20,698 bases of DNA from Folioceros fuciformis (Eukaryota). Shown here one piece after another: positions 1 through 14,109 of the stretch (its first letter is position 1; every line of letters starts with the position of its first letter). The notes beneath the pieces were generated by a model. The model searched no databases, was not told the DNA's origin, and worked only from the letters and a program-made list of their open reading frames with translations. A program made the translations under genes and the position numbers. Location: positions 287,671-308,368 of the forward strand of contig JBNGIO010006237.1 in NCBI GenBank assembly GCA_049999805.1, read 5' to 3'.

Positions 1-1
1 T

Positions 2-4520
<4,519 letters not shown>

Positions 4521-4687
4521 GGTCTGTAGCCAATGCTCTCCTTGATGATCACATCTGGACGCCACATGAACGCGGGCCTATACGTTCCCTTCACCAACTA
4601 TCACGCAACATCATCAACATTCATCCACTGCTCCACCTTGGCAGCCGTTGTACAAGTGACAAATACAACTGGGCCATTTTCTCCGCA

Positions 4688-7477
4688 CTACTCCTCATCT
4701 GATTCAGAAGCGGCAAAGATGCTCTGAGGCTGCGTCTCAGCGTAGGCAGGAGCAATATATTTAGGATCATTGGCTGCTGCGTCCGCGTGCTTAAGAATAG
4801 CCTCCCTGGGGTCCTCGTCCATCCACGTCTCCTTGATTAATCCCCCCTCCTGAAACATGGTTCACGTAAAACAGACCATGTAGATCAGATGGACCAAGAA
4901 GGGCAGCCATACGACAGAAGAAAGTCCCATTACCTTTAGAAGATATTGAGTGAGCAGACTTCCTTTCGTTGTTCCTACTCGTCCACCATAGCCAGGACCT
5001 GTAACAGGTAAATCGGGCCGTCTAGATTTGATCGGATCATTCCGTGCTTTCTGCCTTTGACGTTTGAGGCTTGGTTCTGGTCTGAACATGGGCAGCGCAT
5101 GGGGATTGTGCACCACAGGAGGAGCCTCAAAGTCATCTACTGACTTCTGGCGTGGGGCCCTTGCGACACATACAAGAGCTCCCCTTTCACTGATAGCCGG
5201 GTCATATAAAATGTGCGTCCCGCCCTCTTTCTTATCTCCAGTGGTAGCAAAAACCTGCATACAACAGACGGATTACGCAAGTGAGCCATCTAGTTACTGC
5301 AGATGGAAGTAGGATGCAAAGTGTTCACCACAGGGTACGGCGTGTCAAGCATTTACTTCAATTCCACCCACGATGTAACACATCCTTGCAAAAACACTCC
5401 AAATTTGCAAACGAAAAGCAAGAAGGAAAATACCTGATTAAGCTTGGGATGCCATATAGTGCGGACAACACTTTGAGTCGTTGAAACACCTATTTGCTGC
5501 ACTAGTTCAAGGTTTTGCTTATCAAAGAACACCAACAGCCCTCCTGACTTGCCATCTTTCTGTACAGAAGTGCCCGTGAGAATGAGACGTTCATCTGGGC
5601 TGAAACATGCATTCGTCTGGGCATACGAGTTAGGAAGGTTTGCGAACTTTTTGAGCTCCTTTTTGGACTGTCGTAGGTCCCAAACCTGCCAACGGTAGTG
5701 CCTCTCTTGAGATTAGAGGAACATAGCGGGTACCATGATCAGAAAATCTTCAGCAAAGATGACTCACCTTAAGAGTTCCATCCGTGCTTCTCGACAGCAG
5801 AATATGACCGTCGGCAGAAAAACAAAGACCCGTAACATCATCACCAGGTTCGTGAGCCTTTTCGATGTATATATCTGGCCTGCTACCCCAGCCAGCTTTC
5901 ACATTCCATACCTACAAATTCACTTATGTATCGATAAGCTCGTCTCAGAGACAGACAACTTCACTGCAATACTTTCAGGTACTGGTAAGTCACCTGCACA
6001 GACCCATTCCCCAGACCACCCGCAATACACTTGCCATTAAGCCCCCACGAACATGCTGTCACTGCCACTCGCCCTGGCCTTGCCAACTTCGGTTTTATTA
6101 CCTGCATAGCACGTGGAGATGTTAGACATTTGAACCTGACTATACATTAGTGTAATACACACCACAGACGCAAGAAAACCTTGGCACCTGTTTCTGTGTC
6201 TTGAAATTGGTGACATCCCAGATGCGCAGAGACCCATCTTCTGAGGACGTCATTATGGTATCCTTCTCCTTAGGGTGCCACTCACCCCCGGTTAGACCAC
6301 AAATATGACCGGTTGTGTTCTTTAGGTCTCGTATGTACATGTCACCTTTACTGTATTCCCCTAGTGTAAGACCATCTCTATCATAGATCTGCTCCAGACA
6401 CGCGGTGGAGAGGATTACAAAAACTGAACATTTTACAAAGTTGGAGCATGATGTTCTTACAAGCAAGCCACCCGGGCACTGAAGAGCACACCTTGGCCTG
6501 AGCTGCACCGGTGACAACTAGAAATCGATCAGCTGTAGGACTCCAGCTCAGTGCACGAACTTGATGACCCTCACTCGGTTCAAACTGCCTGAAGGATCGC
6601 AGTCGGGAATCCATTCCTTGGAAGTCATACATACGCACGTTGTAATCGAAGCTTCCAGTCAGAACCCGAGACCCAGACGGATCAACTGCTAATGCTGAAA
6701 CGACCTGCAGGACGGATTTCGAGAGATGGATTTCAATACACAGAACCTTTAGGAGAACACTCAAGGTGACAAAACAACAAAACGTACAACTTCAACGACC
6801 CGATGGAGTGACGACGACATACCCTAAACGTCCATGCACAATCAAAGAGGAACCAAACTCCAACCGAGACCAACCTCAAAATCCAGAGAAGCAGAGATTG
6901 CATGCCTTGGTAGGTCCTTTGAGCACAATTTCATTGCTCAGGGGAATCCGGTATCCTTCGTCCTCCACCTCGTCCTCACTTGATCCTCCATCCTCGCTGG
7001 TTGTGCTCGCTTCTCGTTGCAAAGGAGGCCTTGGGGGTCCAATTTGATCCGCATCATCGTCACTGGATGCCTCCGCCGGAGGCAGAGGGCCGACAAAGGA
7101 CTTAACCTTCTTCTCAACAGGAGGAGCTGGAGCAGCCTTCGAAGCCATTCGGCTCTTGCCCTCCAAGCCAACAGAGTCGGGGAGGTCGTGCTGCGAGCGC
7201 CTGGTTTTCGCATGTACTGTCTCCAAAGAAACAACTTTGACCTCCTGCCTTCCAAAAGTGGTAGGGAATTGTGCACGCAGCCCTTCATGCACCTCTGCCT
7301 CATCCAGAACGGCCACACTACGTGACTCGCCGGGGTCCTGCTCATCACGGAGGTCGGTAAGTCAAACATAGCAGCGCTTTCAGCCTCACCACAAATCCCA
7401 GCATCAACCTACAACCGAGTTTCCCAGTGGACGAGGCTCACCAGCGGTCGGTCATCATCGTCTGAAACATCCCCCAT
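4688..7477 (-). CDS. WDR70: WD40-repeat protein, WDR70 / gastrulation defective 1 (GAD-1)-like, 9 exons, about 622 aa
   Basis: Exons (minus): 7477-7442, 7337-6906, 6704-6492, 6388-6188, 6101-5994, 5911-5768, 5685-5434, 5254-4934, 4849-4688 (TAG); 1869 nt, in frame. Family-typical segments: LRAQFPTTFGRQ, IPLSNEIVLKG.TKVVSALAVDPSGSRVLTGSFDYNVRMYDFQGM, KGDMYIRDLKNTTGH, HNPHALPMFR, KETWMDEDPREAILKHA. The first 36-nt exon (MGDVSDDDDRPL) is inferred from splice signals and phase. Confidence 0.93.
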
Positions 7478-8187
7478 GCTGACAGTCCTGCGCAGGGAAG
7501 ACGTTCCCGCGTAGCAAATTCAATGGACCAGACTAGGGCTTGGTGTGCAACGGCTGCGCTGTGCGTCTTTATCCAACGAGCGGGGGATACAACATTTGAT
7601 TCGGATTGAGCCGATGACCCACCGTGCGAACTTCAGCGGATTCTCAAAACCGACTCCATTTTGAGTGAATCCGACAACCCACATCTTGCAAGTCACTGAT
7701 TTTATACCATAACCTAAAAGTCACCCCATCTTCGACTAACCCCCACAATTCCGAGCTCGATTCCTACATACACAAAGTCCGTGGCACCGGCATGCACTCG
7801 GGGTAGAAATTACTGTTATTTTATGAGGATTATTTAAATAATTACCCTCCTTTCCGCCCACAAACATCTTGCACGATATCTCGTTTTTAGGCACGGACAG
7901 AGTGATGCACTTCGGCTTTTGAGATCCCTAGTATTGGATTGGATTGGAGCGAAATCCACACAGATAAACAATTCTGGAGTGAAGAGTACCTTGATAAGTA
8001 CATAGATGAAGAGCCATCCACATGCCATAAGGCACATACCATTCAACATTTTCCAATTTAGAGTGAGAAATACATGAGGGCGGAAAAGAAGGAGAAGGAG
8101 GTGCGGAATCGAGGATGGAGAAAGTATAGAGATATGGCTACTGTGGGGAGGAACATGCTCTGCAAGATAAGTCCGTGACCCAACAGT

Positions 8188-8496
8188 CAGAACCTCAAAT
8201 GTGACAGACAAGGAGCACAGAACCTCAAATGCGACAGACAAGGAGCACAGAACCTCAAATGTGACAGACAAGGAGCACAGAACCTCAAATGTGACAGACA
8301 AGGAGCACAGAACCTCAAATGTGACAGACAAGGAGGACAGAACCTCAAATGTGACAGACAAGGAGCACAGAACCTCAAATGTGNNNNNNNNNNTGACAGA
8401 CAAGGAGCACAGAACCTCAAATGTGACAGACAAGGAGCACGATCAAAAAGACGAAATGTGAGAGACAAGGAGCACGATCAAAAAAGACAAAAAGTG
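8188..8496. repeat. 30-bp tandem minisatellite (CAGAACCTCAAATGTGACAGACAAGGAGCA), interrupted by an assembly gap
   Basis: Six near-perfect copies at 8188-8367, a partial copy up to the N-gap (8384-8393), a further partial and one full copy to 8439, then two degenerate variants (CGATCAAAAAGAC...). There are no unique spacers. Confidence 0.95.
8384..8393. other. Assembly gap (10 N) inside the minisatellite
   Basis: Run of n characters; true array length is unknown. Confidence 0.99.
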
Positions 8497-9435
8497 CTGT
8501 GTGCAAGCAATGAGGTCCGTGATGTACAAGGTTTACTATGTGGATAGTCCAACTCGAAGCCACATGGCAAGCACTTTCATTCAGTTGAAAGATTACCCTA
8601 GTTGGATGATGGTTTAGCCCATTTGGACATAAGTTTATAAGAACTCCAGGTTAAGCATCTTACACTCAAATCAAGACTTGGGAGATGCCCTTTGGAATAA
8701 CTAGGTATCCATAGTAAACATTGTTAAGTACCAAGTCCCATGACGAACTCAAAAACCCTATTCTCTTCTTCTTCTAAACCCTATTATTTAGTTATTTTAA
8801 TTAAATTTAAAACCGTATTTCAAGGTTTTGATGTTGGCCATGGGTCTTTGGTTGGGTAGCTCTAGCTCATAAGTACAATGTAAGGCACATGATGATAAAG
8901 GAAGGTGCAAAGGATGACAAAGGAAGATTTTTAGTCATTGATGGATTGTAGCAAATACATAGCTTCTACCTTTGTAACTAATTCGTCAAGGAAGACTCGA
9001 CATGCCTTTGTCAGGCGCAGTACAAAGTAGGAAAGATTAGATTAATCAATGTTTGTAATAGGATTGGTAGTGTTATGTTGTAGTACTTTGTTTTGGTTGC
9101 AACAGGTTCTATCTTCCTCCCTGCTTGGAATTTCCAAGTTTCCTCTTCTTATCTCTCTCCAACTAATCTATCCAGAAACATAGTGGGTTTTGATAGAATT
9201 ATGGAAGCAATTTCTTTGCTTAAAGATGAAGAAGCTCCTCACATAGAATCAATTTGATATGTAAGAAGCTCTACACGGATAACCAATCTCATACATGAGA
9301 GAAACCTCTACATAGAGAATCAAATCCCATTCACAATGTAACTTGTAACAGCACATGGTTGTATATCCGGATCCGGATGACGGACCCTTACTCCACCACC
9401 TAATAGGTCTATTCCACAACCCCCTAACTGGAACA

Positions 9436-12400
9436 TTAATCCACTAGCCATGTTGATTTGAGTGGAGTGGGTTCCAAAAACGGCCGCAACGAGGCAACCA
9501 TGTGGTCGATGATTGTTGGCGCCAGCGTTGGAAGGCCAGGGCTGGAGCTGCTTGGGATGTCTTTGGCTGACAGCTGCACAAGAATCTGCAAAGTCATTGA
9601 TTTCAAGGGCACGATGCATAGGATTTGAAAACGTGATGGTGAACAGTTCACGAGGCCAAGTGCTTTATCCTTCACCTGGAATGAGTCAAATTTGCATACA
9701 AAGTTGCAGCAAAACATAGGAGCAGAGTCGTGTGTTGTGATGGAACAGCGGGAAACTTCCAATTTGAGCCTTTGCAAACACCGCAGAAGGCGACCCAACA
9801 GGGTGCCAGTGCAGGTGGACTTGCACCGTATGAACACCATAAGATCTTGCTTGTCATCCGCGTCGTCGGCCAAAATCTCCACTTTCAGATCCCCAGACGT
9901 GTCGCTTCCTTGGATCAGGTTCGTGCTTCTGCTCGAAGTTGGTGGTGCCTGGGACGGTGACGTCTCAGGTGCCGCCGTCACTGCCAAACATGTGACAACG
10001 CAATGATCCATCAAACTGTCAAACAGTTTGGAATAGGATCACAACAGTAGCTCAGACTTCTGGGACCGAAGGTCTGGCCCAGACCTGGAGTGGCGCGGCG
10101 AAGCTTTAGCTCCAGCTCCTGGGCGTTCAATCTTTGCTTTTTCCGTCCGAGATCAAGCACCTTCTCTTGCATCTGTTTTACGTAAGACATGGCTTCTTCT
10201 ACTATACCCAACCGTTCCCGCTTCTGATGTATGCATGGGCGAACCGGCAGGTTAGCCAAATCAGTCAGCAATATGAAATCCAAGGACAGTTGCCGAAATC
10301 GGTCAGTCCTGGAGGTGGACTTACTCTGCATGTTTCAGTTTGTGGAATGAGAGTATCGAGAGTCTGAAACCTGGTGTTCATGAGGTCCCTCCGTCGTCGC
10401 TCTCTGGCCACATGATCTTCCGCTTGTTTCAATTTGTCGACATGCATATGGGCCCACCGAGTGTCTGCACCGAGCTCCAAAAGCTGCAACAAGCCGCCGC
10501 TCTTCTGTGGGCCTGCAATCTTCTGCAATTTGGGGTCCGGGCGCGGCTGTGGCATCAGGCCCCTCAGCTTCGAATCGGACTGTCGGCTTGGTGGTGGTTG
10601 CAGCAAGCTGATTCCGGGTACCGGTCTGTCATCTGAGGTGAAAGGAAAACAAGTGGTGGAATCCGACACCTTGAGAACCTGAAGCTGCGCATGCGTGTGC
10701 TGGAGCTCCCCACAAGTCTTAGACACACGGGTACGCAGATCCGGAGAACTCGCAGCAGGTGGGCGTCCCTCTGGTGGTACCGTTGGTTTAGGTAGGCAGC
10801 GGGTGCTGACATTCTCGGCCTCATTTGTATGCGAGTGCTGCGAATTAGAGGCCATTGCGGAATTTGAAGCAGCAGGAGTACCTGCTGTTGCTGGCATAGC
10901 GCATCCGGATTCGCAAGAGACCATGGTTGCAATTGGAGAGCCGATTCCAGTCCCCATTACGTCAGTGTGCCCAGGACTGACACCTTTGCCAACTTGGGGC
11001 CAGGATCCCAGGATTTCAAGATCTAATGCGTCAAAGCTCGTAAAACAGTCCGGCATCTCAAACGCATTATCCAGTCCATCCTCAATGAAAAATGCACTAG
11101 GAATGCGTGCCGTACTCTCGGATTCGAAGAATTGCTCCACACCAGGTGCTCCGTCCATGGTTGGTGCCTGGGAAATTGTGCCCCGACTGCTGCCATCCAA
11201 AATGTGAGAAGCTGAACAGATTTCCCATGCCGGCAACGGGTCCGGCGGCGGGATCCGGAAGACATGAGCAGGGTATATCTCGTGAGCCTGGGCCTGCAGG
11301 AAGCAGTTGGAGGGAGGAAGTGAAGGGAAACCGTGGAAAGCCTGGGGAGGCATGCGCCTGGGATCCGAAGCCTTCTGTCTGCTGTCCTCCACCGGTGTAA
11401 CCTCTCTTAGCTCGTCACCCAAATGGATGGTGTTGTCATACAGCTCCGATACCAGCTGGGCTGGCCACGGATCAGGGGCCTGGCTGCAGCCTGAATTTGA
11501 AGGAATCTTCACTTCCGAGAGATGCACGACTCCTGGTCCTGAAGGTGCCACATTCACGTTGCGGCTGCCGAGGTGTCGCGAAAAACTACGTACTGAATCG
11601 TCTTGAATTCCGTTGGGGTTCACGAAGGTGCTGCTGCTTGGATGCAGGGCGGCGCGCACGTGCATCCACTGCCTTTCTGAAACCTCCATTCCGGGTGTGA
11701 CTGAGAGGGCGCTGGCAATGGCCATCATGAGTCGATTGCCAATGGAGACCACGGCTGGATGGAACTTTATAATGCCGTGATCACAGTCTTGAAGGAGGAG
11801 CTCGCGAGCCTCAGGATGGAGCTGCTTGCTGCAAATTGGCGTGGAAGTGAGCTCTGGACTGGATCGCAGACTGTCTTGATCAGATTGTCAGAATGTACAC
11901 CATGAAAGCTACCTCGCATACTTGCATTCATGTGCCAAAGCAGAGGCGAAGGTGGGGTTGCAACACCAGAGCTGGAAAGTGGAGCTTTTCTTTGCATCAA
12001 GGCATCAGAACTGTTGCAAAGGCTGGCATGGATTTGGCATGTGACTCACGCGACTGCTTGAAGGCTTCTGGCTGAGCTCTCCAAAATAGGCCAACCGTAG
12101 CTTGCACCAAAAACTCATTGTGCTCCCTGGCAAGCCCTGCCGCTCTCCTGACCTCTGCAGCTTGCACAGACTTGGAAAAGAAGATTCCGTCTTGCAAAGT
12201 TCTGCATACGCAGGCTGGGCCTGCGAACGTCTGCAAATGAGCAGTTTTGCCCGTGAGCTCGCGCCTGACAAAGCTGAGCACACACAGAGCATGCAGTTCC
12301 AAGATTTCCTGCAGGACTAGAACAGCACGCCTCACAACTTTAAGGGTACAATGCGATCGGACGGATAGCAGAGAGCAACGAATGAAGATTCCATATGCAC

Positions 12401-12847
12401 TGACAATGTACATACATTACGGGAAGTGTCTCAGGGCCCTTTGCAGGATTAGGCGTACTTGTCTCCATCACTTCTGCAGCCTGCGAGGTGAGCGGAACCA
12501 CTCACTCTCCCGAGCGGCTCTCGAAGATATCTTGTCAACATTATCGGCTGCAGAACAGATCTCCATGTCCATCTCATGTCCTGTCCTTAGCCTTTTTTCA
12601 GCCTCTACAGGCTGAATTCGTTGCTCGTCATGCAGGCTGCTGGGTGATCACTTGGCTTCCTCGTAAGTTGAAATCTGGTGCTTAAAACCTTCAACCGAAC
12701 CTTGCAAATGTTCTGACCTTGAGCTGGATGTTCTGCTGCTTGCAAAACAGGAGTTACCCACAAAAAGCGCCACACGTTCACGCCATCCGGGACTGGTGCT
12801 GCAATGTGTCTGGCCAAATGTTTAGCTAACTGAACCGTTCCCTCCAT
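9436..12847 (-). CDS. bHLH transcription factor with C-terminal ACT-like domain; possible divergent MYC_N-like N-terminus (first two exons tentative)
   Basis: Well-supported exons: about 11853-10325, 10223-10085, 9980-9676, 9585-9436 (TAA). bHLH: HVARERRRRDLMNTRFQTLDTLIP..|KRERLGIVEEAMSYVKQMQEKV, with the H-E-R basic residues intact. ACT-like: LKVEI..LMVFIRCKSTCTGTLLGRLLRCLQRLKLEVSRCSIT. Tentative upstream exons 12847-12701 and 12308-12050 join in phase to give an 842-aa ORF. Confidence 0.8.
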
Positions 12848-13733
12848 CACTGGATAGCCAAATACAGGGAAGCAAGGACAAGTGGTTGCGCGCAGAATGA
12901 GGCAGCAGCCCAAACTCCTCAGTTGGAACGCGCTCAGATTTGCTTGCGCAGTTGAGGCAAGATGCCCCGTCCATACATGCGCGGTCTATGTTTCCCTGCT
13001 GTCTTCACACCAGCACCTTCTGCGGACGTCGCAATACACTACACAGCCAACGGGAGATCTCAACTTGATGGGGCATTTAGTGAAGCCTTTGTGGAAAGGT
13101 CGGAGAATTTTATATTTATCCTTTTTTTCTTTTATAAATTATATTTATTAGAAAGGATTTATTATAATATATCAAAATTAGTTAATAGAAGTGCCTTAAA
13201 AATAGTTTAGATGGTAGGTGCCTAAAACTAGTTTTTCTAGACAAGGACTATGAAGATAATTAGACAAAGCATTGCTTGAAGAAGCAAGCCAAAATCAAGT
13301 CCACTAGAGAAGGGGCCAAGTCAAGACCAATAAGCATAAAGGCCTAGGAACTTATAAAAGCCTAGGCTACGTAAGTAAGATAGTGCATGTACACATATGC
13401 CCCATGTTGTATGGGAACATTGCATGCCCCTTTATAAAGTCCTAGACCCTTTTCGTTAATGTCCTTTCCGGCTGCAATACTCATCGCGGGACCCATTGCC
13501 GTGATAGGTGGAGAAGACAACTCCACATAGGCTGCTCACAGCGAAGAAGGATAGTGCTTTTTCGCGACCTAATGGATGATTTGGTAGGCGAGAAAGCGAC
13601 GATAAACGAATTTGTGTTCAAGCATCTTGTCCCACACGCTCCGACCTTATAGTCTGTACGCGTTCAAGAAAACACGGCGAAATACCGTTGGTATTTCCAA
13701 GACAGTTCCCCTTTCCCACTTGGACCTGGAAAC

Positions 13734-13773
13734 CTTGAAACCGACAGGTCCTCTAAACTTGAAACCGACAGGT
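13734..13773 (+). promoter_or_regulatory. Duplicated 16-bp motif CTTGAAACCGACAGGT in the P450 upstream region (contains DRE/CRT core ACCGAC and reverse AuxRE TGTCGG)
   Basis: Exact copies at 13734-13749 and 13758-13773 (24-bp period). Regulatory function is inferred from motif content only. Confidence 0.4.
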
Positions 13774-13900
13774 TGACGGGAAGAAACACGTAACACGCGC
13801 CGATGAGGAACACCTGGTCAGCGACCAAGCAAGTTCAAGGGCCGTTAAACTCCTGCCAGCACCGCTTTTGCAGTTCCCCCAACAGGCAGCAGCTCGGAGC

Positions 13901-13907
13901 TATAAAT
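13901..13907 (+). promoter_or_regulatory. Candidate TATA box of the P450 gene
   Basis: TATAAAT in GC-rich context, about 200 bp upstream of the ATG at 14110. Confidence 0.5.
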
Positions 13908-14109
13908 CTATTCCGTGGTGAGGCAGGACCAGGAAGCGATGCTTGCAAGTGCAACACATTTGCCATCTGCGTCTCAGATTCGCGATTTGAAGCCTGAGTT
14001 CCAAATCCTGAGTGCATGTCAATTTTCTGAATCGACGACCCGACAAGCATCCTTGCGTGCCAGCCTCAGAGCCGAGGACTGAGGTTGCGCAGCTCTAGAG
14101 GGAGGGAGA

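Noticed and set aside
6938..7371. Overlapping ORFs at the WDR70 5' end and a GTG start at 7316
   Set aside because: The frame continues to a CAG acceptor at 7338 and an upstream ATG exon (7477-7442), so no non-AUG start or extra gene is needed.
7779..7816. Helitron-like 3' end (CCGTGGCA...GCACTCGGG hairpin)
   Set aside because: The stem is weak and no CTRR terminus occurs at the expected distance.
8188..8496. CRISPR array or repeat-protein ORFs (TDKEHRTSNV / SLSVTFEVLC repeats)
   Set aside because: Units are head-to-tail with no unique spacers and no cas genes, in a eukaryotic context. The ORFs are a by-product of a 30-bp (3n) unit and run through an N-gap.
10340..11700. Several plus-strand ORFs of 67-170 aa
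   Set aside because: They are antisense shadows of the GC-rich bHLH exon with no recognisable motifs.
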